From IMG/VR virus record IMGVR_UViG_3300014954_000001: a stretch of 61,502 nt of DNA; one strand, written 5' to 3'. The DNA is from a virus. Position 1 is the stretch's first letter. Every line of letters begins with the position of its first letter. Positions 34,903 through 43,361 of this stretch are shown here, piece by piece. Under the pieces are notes generated by a model. It was not told the origin of the DNA, searched no databases, and saw only the letters and a program-made list of their open reading frames with translations. Made by a program: the position numbers and the translations under genes.

Positions 34903-34953
34903 AGTGTCAACAGTCAAATAGACGATTATAAGCTAATTTCCGAATAAGAGGCA

Positions 34954-35895
34954 ATGAGAGAAGGTGAGAGTTTGGATGAAAGATTGAGAAAAGAACTGTT
35001 GCGGTCTGAATTAAAAGAGCGGAATAAGGGGAAAAAGATTATCCGATGCAAATACAGACCCAAGTATCCTGACAGTGCAGAAAGAGAGTATGTAAGATTG
35101 ATAAATGCCTATATGACCATTGAGAAAGAAGTGCTTATGAAGTATATACCAGAGATTAAGCAAATACTCAATGATGGTACACAGCTGCATACTGATTCCA
35201 AGAAAGATAACGAGAAGAAACGCAGGACAGCTCGGTTTTCAGCTTTGGATAATACAATAGTCCGCCTTACAATTCTTTTTAAGACTATTCAGAGAGAGCT
35301 TGATAGTGCCTTTGGACTTTATGATTTGAAAAGGCAGATAAATAGAATTGCCAACCTTGATCACAAACTCACAGTTCGGGAATGGAAAAAAGCAGTAAGT
35401 AAGACATTAGGTATTGATTTGCTTGATGACTATTATTCTGGAGAATATTACGCACAGATGCTGGAAAAGTGGGTGTCTGACAATGTGGACTTAATAAAGA
35501 CGGTTCCTAATCAATCTCTTGAGCGAATGAAGGAACTGGTTTATGAAAGCTATATGAAAGGCTCAACCACAACGAATATCGTAAGAGAAATTCAGCGCCA
35601 ATATGGAATGAGTAAGCGTCATGCAAAACTAATAGCCAGAGACCAGACAGCGAAGCTTAATGCTGATATTACGGAGAGCCAACAGAGAGATGCTGGTGTG
35701 TCAAAGTATGAATGGTCTGGAGTAATGGATAGACGAGAGCGGAAAAGCCATAGAGAGCTGGAAGGAAAGATAATCAGCTGGGACAATCCGCCAGATGTAG
35801 GAAATGGCAGAAAATGCCATCCTGGACAGGATTATCAATGCCGGTGTTGTGCAATTCCGGTGTTTGATATAGATAATCTGGATTTGCCAGTTTGA
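34954..35895 (+). CDS. Head morphogenesis protein, SPP1 gp7 / Mu F family
   Basis: RERKSHRELEGKIISWDNPP...HPGQDYQCRCCAIPV. Confidence 0.8.
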   Translation: MREGESLDERLRKELLRSELKERNKGKKIIRCKYRPKYPDSAEREYVRLINAYMTIEKEVLMKYIPEIKQILNDGTQLHTDSKKDNEKKRRTARFSALDNTIVRLTILFKTIQRELDSAFGLYDLKRQINRIANLDHKLTVREWKKAVSKTLGIDLLDDYYSGEYYAQMLEKWVSDNVDLIKTVPNQSLERMKELVYESYMKGSTTTNIVREIQRQYGMSKRHAKLIARDQTAKLNADITESQQRDAGVSKYEWSGVMDRRERKSHRELEGKIISWDNPPDVGNGRKCHPGQDYQCRCCAIPVFDIDNLDLPV

Positions 35896-35935
35896 AAGGA
35901 AGTGGTTGCATTGAAAAAGTGACAGAAAGCAGGAG

Positions 35936-37294
35936 GTGCAGAAAGTGAAGCTGAAACGAATTGACAGCATTTCCATGGATCAGACTTATTACACAGAAGA
36001 AGGCTATCTTGTAGATCACCCAATTGTGACTACATGTGGCATATTTGAGTATAAGAATGACGATGGAAGCACACGGAGGGAACTCCGATTGCCTGAGAAT
36101 GTCTTTGACAAGAAATCGTTGGAGAGTTACAAGGGCAAACCAATCATCATTACACATGATGCTGGAGAAGTGGATAAGGAGAATGTCCGCAGAGAGCAGA
36201 TAGGTACAATTATGAGTGAAGGATACAGGGATGGAGATAGCGTTCGCTGTGAGATTATTATTCATGATACAAATGCTTTGAAAAGTTGCGGATTGAAAGA
36301 GTTATCCCTTGGATACAGCCTTGATACTGATGATACTCCGGGAGTATATCACGGAGAGAAATACGATTGTATTCAGAAAAATATCGAAATCAATCATCTT
36401 GCACTTGTCGGAGAAGCAAGAGCGGGAGAAACTGCTCGCTTGAATATCGATGGCAAGGATGATGATACACAAATCTTAAAAGGAGGCAAAGTAATTATGT
36501 ACAAACCTAATTCAAAAGGCCGCAGAGCTGATGAGGGCGAAGAGCTTACACCAGAAGAGATGGAAGCTGCTATTGCTTTATTCAAGGCTCAGAAAGCCGC
36601 AAATCAGGCAACTGGTGAGGGAGTTGATGGAGAAGATCCAGAGGAAACACCAGCAGCTAATCCGGAGGAAAATGGAGAACCGGAAAAGACACCCGTTGAA
36701 AAGGTTAAGGAGAATATTGACCGCAGAGATGCTGAGGGTGATGGTATGTCGCCAGAGGATATTATTGCAGAGCAGAAAGCAGACCTTGATACTCTCTTAC
36801 AGGAGATTGACAAGATGCAGGCTCAGAGCGATATGAATGGCGATGAAGGAGAAGATGCTGGAGAGAAAGAAGAAACTGCTCCTACAGACGAAAACACAGA
36901 TTCGGATGACGAGGGAGCGGGTGCAGAATGCGATCCGGAGAAACAGAAAGGAGTAAACATGGATTCTGTGGATAAAATTATTCAGGACCGCCTTGATGTG
37001 TGCCGAATGGCTGACCGATTAAACCTTGATGGAGTTGAAGGGCTTTCGGTAAGAGAAGGAAGAAAACGCATTATCAAGGCAGTTAATCCGAAGATGAATC
37101 TTGATGGAAAGAGTGACAGCTATATCAATGCAGCTTATGACATTGCAAAGCAGTCATTCCATGAGAGAAAGAGCACTAATGATCAGAGAGAGAGAATTGC
37201 AGCTGATAAGGTCCGCAAGGATGCAAAAGAGGTTAGTAATTCAACATCTGCTCGTAAGAAAATGATTGCGAATATGACAGGAGGTAGAAAGTAA
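35936..37294 (+). CDS. DUF2213-like prohead scaffold/protease protein with acidic C-terminal half
   Basis: TCGIFEYKNDDGSTRRELRLPENVF...YKGKPIIITHD. Located between the MuF and capsid genes. Confidence 0.55.
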   Translation: MQKVKLKRIDSISMDQTYYTEEGYLVDHPIVTTCGIFEYKNDDGSTRRELRLPENVFDKKSLESYKGKPIIITHDAGEVDKENVRREQIGTIMSEGYRDGDSVRCEIIIHDTNALKSCGLKELSLGYSLDTDDTPGVYHGEKYDCIQKNIEINHLALVGEARAGETARLNIDGKDDDTQILKGGKVIMYKPNSKGRRADEGEELTPEEMEAAIALFKAQKAANQATGEGVDGEDPEETPAANPEENGEPEKTPVEKVKENIDRRDAEGDGMSPEDIIAEQKADLDTLLQEIDKMQAQSDMNGDEGEDAGEKEETAPTDENTDSDDEGAGAECDPEKQKGVNMDSVDKIIQDRLDVCRMADRLNLDGVEGLSVREGRKRIIKAVNPKMNLDGKSDSYINAAYDIAKQSFHERKSTNDQRERIAADKVRKDAKEVSNSTSARKKMIANMTGGRK

Positions 37295-37806
37295 TGAGCA
37301 CAGCAGTACAGACAAGTTATGGCTTTGGCTTTCCTAAAGGAGTGGCCGGCGGGCTGTTTGATTTATCAGCCCATGATGTTACAACAAGACAGGCGGAAGG
37401 TGATGGTGTTGCCTTTGGTCTTGGTGTTGTCGTTGGAACAAATAAAGGCACTGACGTAAAACTTCCGGCAACAGGTGCAACATCTGATGATTTTGAGGGT
37501 GTTGTAGTACACAATTCTGTTATGGTGGAAAAGGATATGGATAACAATGTTTCCATCAACAGCAAGCGTACAGTAGGCTGCCTTCATTTTGGAAGAATTT
37601 GGGTGCAGACTGGAGCAGCAGCTAAACCTACATACAAGGAGAAGGTTTACTTAATTACGGATGGTGATGAGGCAGGAAAGTTCACAACATCTGCAGATTC
37701 AGCAACCAAGGTGGAAGTAAATGCTATTTTCCTTGGAGAAACTGATAATGGCATTGCAAACGCAGAGTTCAGACCGGGTGCGGTTGTGAAAGCTGCGGAG
37801 AAATAA
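37294..37806 (+). CDS. Putative head decoration/cement protein
   Basis: 170 aa, directly upstream of the major capsid gene. Gly/Val-rich beta-type sequence. Confidence 0.35.
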   Translation: MSTAVQTSYGFGFPKGVAGGLFDLSAHDVTTRQAEGDGVAFGLGVVVGTNKGTDVKLPATGATSDDFEGVVVHNSVMVEKDMDNNVSINSKRTVGCLHFGRIWVQTGAAAKPTYKEKVYLITDGDEAGKFTTSADSATKVEVNAIFLGETDNGIANAEFRPGAVVKAAEK

Positions 37807-37823
37807 GAAGGAGGTATTCACGA

Positions 37824-38837
37824 ATGAAAGATTTTAACATGGATGATTACAGTGCATTAAAGGGTTCTACCCTTGTTAAGGGGCTTGCGGGAAGTGAGCA
37901 GCTTCGTTTTGATAGCGTTGAATCTGCAACTGTATTCTTTGCCAGAGAACTTGACCAGGTAAAGACAAAGACTTATGACAAGCAGTATCCGGAGCTCTCT
38001 GCATTGTCTTGCTTCCCTATCACTTCTGAGGTTAATGAGGGAGCAGAGACCACAACATATTACAGCTATGATATTACCGGTATGGCGGCAATCATTAACA
38101 ATTATGCCACAGACCTTCCTAGAGTTGATGTACAGGGCGAATCCCACACTGCTTCTATTAAGTCTGTCGGTGACAGCTATGGTTACAATGTACAGGAAAT
38201 GAGAGCTTCCAGAATGGCAGGAAAGTCTCTTGATGCCAGAAAAGGTGCAGCTGCAAGAAGAGCGTCAGATTATATGGTTAATAAGATTGCTTTTGCAGGC
38301 GATAAGAAACATAACCTCGTCGGCATTTTCTCTGATGGTACCGACATTCCTCTGTACACTTTGTCTGAGGTTGAAGTTGATGGAAAGAAGTACACAGACT
38401 GGGCACATAAGACTGCTGATCAGATTCTTGAGGATATCAATGGCATGCAGAAGTTTGTTGACAAGATTACAATGTCTATCGAAAAGCCTGATACATTAGC
38501 TCTTCCGTCGTACATTTACATGGATCTTTCAACAAGAAGAATTCCAGATACGGAGACTACTGTACTCAGCTTTATCAAAGACCATGCACCATACTTAAAG
38601 AACTTCGAGAGCATGGCAGAGCTACAGGATTCCGCTACTGATATCAATCATACAGGAAAGAATGTTGCGTTTATGTACACGAAGGATCCGGAAAAGTTCA
38701 GTTTGGAAATTCCGCTTCCGTTCTACCAGTACCCATTGCAGGTACAGAAACTCGAGACAGAGATTCCTTGCGAAACAAGAACTGCTGGACTTATCATTTA
38801 TTATCCGTTATCAATGCTTCTTGCATACGGAATTTAA
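37824..38837 (+). CDS. Major capsid protein (DUF2184/HK97-fold type)
   Basis: 337 aa. FFARELDQVKTKTYDKQYPEL...SIKSVGDSYGYNVQEMRAS. Position in the head module. Confidence 0.7.
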   Translation: MKDFNMDDYSALKGSTLVKGLAGSEQLRFDSVESATVFFARELDQVKTKTYDKQYPELSALSCFPITSEVNEGAETTTYYSYDITGMAAIINNYATDLPRVDVQGESHTASIKSVGDSYGYNVQEMRASRMAGKSLDARKGAAARRASDYMVNKIAFAGDKKHNLVGIFSDGTDIPLYTLSEVEVDGKKYTDWAHKTADQILEDINGMQKFVDKITMSIEKPDTLALPSYIYMDLSTRRIPDTETTVLSFIKDHAPYLKNFESMAELQDSATDINHTGKNVAFMYTKDPEKFSLEIPLPFYQYPLQVQKLETEIPCETRTAGLIIYYPLSMLLAYGI

Positions 38838-38852
38838 GGAGGGAATGACATT

Positions 38853-39248
38853 ATGAAGATTATCAATAAGTCGAGAAAGATTATCGGAATCAACGGAGAG
38901 CCGCTCCTTCCTGGAGCGGATTTAGAGTTACCGGAGGGAATGGAAACCCATCCGGTAATTTCTTATTATCTGGAGAAAGGAATTGTGGTTGACTCCCAGA
39001 ATGTTTCCGCAGAGGAGAACACAGGTATTAGTGACCTTGATAGAGCTCGTATCGAAGAGGAAGCTATTGCAAAGTATAAGGCGGAGCAGGAAAAGGCAGC
39101 AAAGGCTAAGGAAGCTGAGATCAAAGCTGTAAAGACTATGAAGAAAGATGACCTTCTTACAAAAGCTGTAGGAATGGGACTTGAGGTAACGGACGATGAT
39201 ACCGTTGATACTCTAAAGGAGAAAATTGTAGCCGAACTCAGCAAGTAG
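38853..39248 (+). CDS. Hypothetical head-associated protein with C-terminal Rho_N/HeH-like motif
   Basis: 131 aa with KKDDLLTKAVGMGLEV...LKEKIVAEL. Confidence 0.45.
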   Translation: MKIINKSRKIIGINGEPLLPGADLELPEGMETHPVISYYLEKGIVVDSQNVSAEENTGISDLDRARIEEEAIAKYKAEQEKAAKAKEAEIKAVKTMKKDDLLTKAVGMGLEVTDDDTVDTLKEKIVAELSK

Positions 39249-39251
39249 GAG

Positions 39252-39650
39252 GTGACCATTATGGATGCCTTTGAAATTATAAAAAAGACCATGGGTGAGT
39301 TTGCAGATGTACCGGATGATACAGTACAGACTTTCATATCTCTTGCAGAGCCACTTATCAGCAAAAAGAGGTTTAGAAAGTTGTATCCGCAGGCTTTGGC
39401 ATATTTAGCGGCACATAAAATGAAAATGTCTGGTTTAGGAAAGACAATCGGCATAGGAACGGTAGGGGACACCATTGGATTATCTTCTGTTTCAGAAGGT
39501 GAGACATCGGTGTCCTTTTCTAATAATCAGGCAGGAAACACTGCGACAGATTCGGAATTCGGATTAACAGTGTATGGTATGCAGTACCTTAATTTGAGAA
39601 AGCGCTGCATTGTCACGATTGTGTCGGCTGGTGTGGATTGTGGCGGTTAA
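39252..39650 (+). CDS. Head-tail connector (DUF4054-like)
   Basis: FADVPDDTVQTFISLAEPLISKKRF...ALAYLAAHKM. Confidence 0.5.
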   Translation: MTIMDAFEIIKKTMGEFADVPDDTVQTFISLAEPLISKKRFRKLYPQALAYLAAHKMKMSGLGKTIGIGTVGDTIGLSSVSEGETSVSFSNNQAGNTATDSEFGLTVYGMQYLNLRKRCIVTIVSAGVDCGG

Positions 39651-40104
39651 GGTTAGAGAGAAAGTTACTGCAGATGGCAAGAAATTTCAGAAGATGTTGG
39701 AGGACCTTAATAAACTTGAGGTTCGTATTGGCATACAACAGGGGGTAGGCAGCGAGGATGGTGTTGATTTAGTTGATATAGCAATGTTCAATGAACTCGG
39801 CACTGTCCATATCCCGTCAAGACCTTTCCTGCGAGATAGCGTCGATGCCCATTCGCCAGAAATCAATGCCTTTTTGCAGTCAATGAGAACACAGCTGGTA
39901 AAAGGTGGCTCTGCTGAAGATGTACTAAAGAAAATTGGCGTGTTTCAGAAAGGTTTGATTCAGAAAGAAATCGTAAATGGTGATTTCGTTCCGAACTCAC
40001 CGGAAACCATAAAACGAAAAGGTTCTGATAAACCATTGATTGATACAGGCCGTATGAGACAGTCGATTAACTATGTAATACAGGAGAAAGGAGGTTCTGA
40101 CTAA
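39610..40104 (+). CDS. HK97 gp10-like head-tail joining protein
   Basis: IAMFNELGTVHIPSRPFLRDSVD. The true start is possibly GTG at 39640. Confidence 0.55.
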   Translation: MSRLCRLVWIVAVKVREKVTADGKKFQKMLEDLNKLEVRIGIQQGVGSEDGVDLVDIAMFNELGTVHIPSRPFLRDSVDAHSPEINAFLQSMRTQLVKGGSAEDVLKKIGVFQKGLIQKEIVNGDFVPNSPETIKRKGSDKPLIDTGRMRQSINYVIQEKGGSD

Positions 40105-40481
40105 TGCCATTCTTTGGTAGTTCATACACATTGAGAAGGTATGGGGAAGACAAGATTATAGATGGCTATCCTACAGCCGGATATGAAGACATCCAAGTTA
40201 TTCTTGATGTGCAGACTTTATCTGATGATGAAGTTATAGAGGCTGGTGGAAGCAGGGATGAGGAAATGTTGAAAACTTTTGGAGATTTCCCTGTTAGAAC
40301 ATCAAAACAGGAAGAATGCGTTAGGTCAGACCAGCTTCTGTATGATGGAAGATGGTTTGAATGCATGTCTTCTCGCCTAAGCAGGAATACAATTTTGAAG
40401 CATTGGACATCAACATTTAAGCTGATACCAGTCAGCGAGAACAAAGAGCCAAGCAATTCTGAAATGGAGGAAACAGAATGA
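40104..40481 (+). CDS. Neck/tail completion protein (hypothetical)
   Basis: 125 aa with overlapping start and stop in the structural operon. Confidence 0.4.
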   Translation: MPFFGSSYTLRRYGEDKIIDGYPTAGYEDIQVILDVQTLSDDEVIEAGGSRDEEMLKTFGDFPVRTSKQEECVRSDQLLYDGRWFECMSSRLSRNTILKHWTSTFKLIPVSENKEPSNSEMEETE

Positions 40482-41068
40482 CATTTTCAGAGGTTAAGAA
40501 GTTCATTTACGAACTTGTTAAGCGGTATCATCCAGGAGCGATGGTGGTGTGGACGAAAACCAAAGGTGTAACACCTAAACCGCCATATATAACGCTTGGG
40601 TATAGTAATTTGAATAGGTCAGCTTTTCCTTTGTCAGACGATGAAAGAGAACATAGATATTACAATTATGATTTCACTTTTGAAATCAATTTATATACTG
40701 TTGGGAAAGAGGTAAAAGCTGGAAATGGAAGCTACTTTGAGAATACAGCAGTAGAAGATTTGGAAGAATTTATCAGATTTCTCGATTCGGATGGAATTAC
40801 AGAAGAACTGGCTGAAAAGAATGTAACTATTGTTATGAATCCACCCATAAGAGATTTATCAGAACTGATCGGAGATACGAAATTCAATTATCGTTCCATG
40901 TGCGAATTCACGGTAACATTTGTCGGATTGGCTGATGGAAAGTATGGAGTATCTGGAATTCAAACAGTTCCGAATTCAAGCGGTGGAGGAATGAAAGAAT
41001 TTGCAGAGGCAGAAACCTATGCAATAGAAGAAATAAGAATACAGGAGGAAACAGACAATGGCGATTAG
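40478..41068 (+). CDS. Tail terminator-like protein (hypothetical)
   Basis: 196 aa, directly upstream of the sheath gene. Confidence 0.35.
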   Translation: MTFSEVKKFIYELVKRYHPGAMVVWTKTKGVTPKPPYITLGYSNLNRSAFPLSDDEREHRYYNYDFTFEINLYTVGKEVKAGNGSYFENTAVEDLEEFIRFLDSDGITEELAEKNVTIVMNPPIRDLSELIGDTKFNYRSMCEFTVTFVGLADGKYGVSGIQTVPNSSGGGMKEFAEAETYAIEEIRIQEETDNGD

Positions 41069-42179
41069 AAATAATCTTAATGATATTGTCAAGGTGGATA
41101 TTGCAATTTCTACTCCCGGTTCAAGCGATGAGAGCTTTAGCAATGTGCTCCTTGTTGTCGAAGGTCCGGAAACAGGAAAGAAATCTACAGATAATATTGG
41201 AACAAAGGTCGTTAGTATTTCACAGGCATCTGAGCTTGTGGATTATGGATTTTCAACAGAATCACAGGCATACATTATGGCGAGTGTGGCATTTTCTCAG
41301 TCACCGGCACCAAGTCTTATCTATGTTGTTGCAAGGCAGGTTACAAGCGAGGAAACAGACCCTGTTACTTATGAAAAAATCAGCGTAACACTTGATAGAG
41401 CCAAAGAAGCTGGCGGGTGGTATGGAATTGCCTTATCAAAGACATTTCTCACAAAGACTGACCTTGAAGAAGCTATCAAATGGACAGAATCCAATGACAA
41501 ACTCTTTGGATTCACATTTATTGGAGAAACATTACCGGTCAGCACAACAAACTTCTTCCGCAGCTTTGCTGTTTATGGCGGGGGAGTACCAGATGTTGAG
41601 AGCAATCCAGATGAAAATTATTACATTTCTTTAGCAATGATGGCTAAGTGCTTTGGATATGATCCTGGAAGCGAAACATGGGGGTTAAAACCACTGGCGG
41701 CCGTATATCCGTGTAAGTTATCCACTGCTATGAAAAAATATTGCGATGAAAACTGCATTACATATTTTACAACTTATGCTAAAAAGAACGTCACAAGCTC
41801 GATGGGCGGCAAGGTGCTTGCAAACGAATGGATTGACACAATTCGATTCAGAGATTGGTTAAAGAATGACATGCAGGAAAGAGTATTTAATCTTCTTGTG
41901 TTGAACACGAAAGTGCCTTTTACTGATGAAGGTATTACTGCGGTTGAAGGCAAGATGGAGGAATCGTTAAAAGTGGGGCAGAAAGTCGGAGGAATTGCGC
42001 CTACAGAGTATGACGATGATGATAATGAAATTCCGGGATACACAATAACTGTGCCTTCATCCTCAAGTATGAGTGATTCAGAAAAGGCATCCAGACAGTT
42101 GACAGGCTGCAAGTTTACCGCCAAGTTAGCAGGAGCAATCCAAGTAGTAAATATCAGTGGCAACCTTGTGTACGCATAG
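41058..42179 (+). CDS. Tail sheath protein (DUF3383-like)
   Basis: 373 aa. Position before the tube, chaperone and tape measure genes. Confidence 0.55.
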   Translation: MAIRNNLNDIVKVDIAISTPGSSDESFSNVLLVVEGPETGKKSTDNIGTKVVSISQASELVDYGFSTESQAYIMASVAFSQSPAPSLIYVVARQVTSEETDPVTYEKISVTLDRAKEAGGWYGIALSKTFLTKTDLEEAIKWTESNDKLFGFTFIGETLPVSTTNFFRSFAVYGGGVPDVESNPDENYYISLAMMAKCFGYDPGSETWGLKPLAAVYPCKLSTAMKKYCDENCITYFTTYAKKNVTSSMGGKVLANEWIDTIRFRDWLKNDMQERVFNLLVLNTKVPFTDEGITAVEGKMEESLKVGQKVGGIAPTEYDDDDNEIPGYTITVPSSSSMSDSEKASRQLTGCKFTAKLAGAIQVVNISGNLVYA

Positions 42180-42195
42180 AAGGAGGTGAAGGTTA

Positions 42196-42609
42196 ATGCC
42201 AAGAGTAACAACTTATAATCCGAAAAAGATAACGCTTGCACTCGGAAACCATATTGCAAGTGGTTTTGCTGATGACAGCTTTATTGTTATTGAGCCTGCT
42301 GGCGATGGAAACAGCTATGTGGCAGGAGCAGATGGTGAAGTCTGCGTGAGTGTGGATCCGTCATCCATCTATACCGTAAAGGTATCTGTTCTTCAGAACT
42401 CTAAAACAAATGCATATTGCAAGAAGATGTATGAGAAGATGAAGAAAAATGGTAAGGGATTTTTCCCTGTTACAGTGAAGGATCTTGTTGGCAATGAGAA
42501 ATTCAGCGCATCTACAGGCTGGATTACTAAGCCCGCAAGCAAAACTTACGGAAAAGCACAGAACAATCGCGAGTGGGAGATTGTAGTAGCTGATGGTGTA
42601 GAAAGTTAG
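42196..42609 (+). CDS. Tail tube protein (DUF3277-like)
   Basis: 137 aa with YNPKKITLALGNHIASGFADDSFIVIEPAGDG. Confidence 0.55.
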   Translation: MPRVTTYNPKKITLALGNHIASGFADDSFIVIEPAGDGNSYVAGADGEVCVSVDPSSIYTVKVSVLQNSKTNAYCKKMYEKMKKNGKGFFPVTVKDLVGNEKFSASTGWITKPASKTYGKAQNNREWEIVVADGVES

Positions 42610-42619
42610 GAGGTAAAAT

Positions 42620-43159
42620 ATGGCACGATTAAAGCAGCTTGAACCAAAGAAGGAAACGATTGGAGGTCTGAATTTTTATATAAGACCTTTTCCAGCTATG
42701 GTTGCCGCAAACCTTACGGGAGATTTAGCTTCGTTGCTTACCCCGGTTCTTGCAGCACTTATGCCGCTTGTAGGCAATAGCGACAATGAAAGCGATGGAG
42801 AAGATGGAGATTTGATGGACATTGATGTAAATGATGCGGCCGCTTCCATTTCAAAGAGTATGGAAGGGTTTTCTGGTAGCAAAGTTGAATCGATGATGAA
42901 AAAATTGCTCATTACTCATAAGAATGTAGTCGTTGAACTTCCTGTAATGGATGAGGACGATGTGGAGACAGGAGAGTATTCACAGGAAATACTTGATATG
43001 GATATCGTAAATGAGATTTTTTGCGGGGATGTACAGGACATGTTCATTCTCGCTTTTTATGTTATCCGTTTGAACTTCAATGGTTTTTTCAAGAGACTCG
43101 CCGGCCCATCTGGGAAAGTAGGCGAGTCTATAGCGAAGAAGATGAGGAAGATATTGTAA
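42620..43159 (+). CDS. Tail assembly chaperone (short, G-like product)
   Basis: 179 aa, immediately upstream of the tape measure gene. Confidence 0.65.
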   Translation: MARLKQLEPKKETIGGLNFYIRPFPAMVAANLTGDLASLLTPVLAALMPLVGNSDNESDGEDGDLMDIDVNDAAASISKSMEGFSGSKVESMMKKLLITHKNVVVELPVMDEDDVETGEYSQEILDMDIVNEIFCGDVQDMFILAFYVIRLNFNGFFKRLAGPSGKVGESIAKKMRKIL

Positions 43160-43359
43160 AATACGGAAAACTTGACACCTCGCAATTTTCCGAGCTGGAG
43201 TTAAGAATGTACATACTGATTAAAGCTAAATTAGCTTCAATGTTTGAGTTGAAGGAATATTACACCTTAGACGAGGCATTGAAGCTATATGCTTTATATC
43301 GTATGGATATGGATATTCAGAATGGAAAGGCTGAGGAAATGAGAGAAAGGAGGGAATAG
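42620..43359 (+). CDS. Tail assembly chaperone, -1 frameshift (GT-like) product
   Basis: Slippery heptamer T TTT TTC at 43084-43090 in the zero frame. The -1 frame stays open to 43359 (FQETRRPIW...). Confidence 0.6.
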
Positions 43360-43361
43360 CA

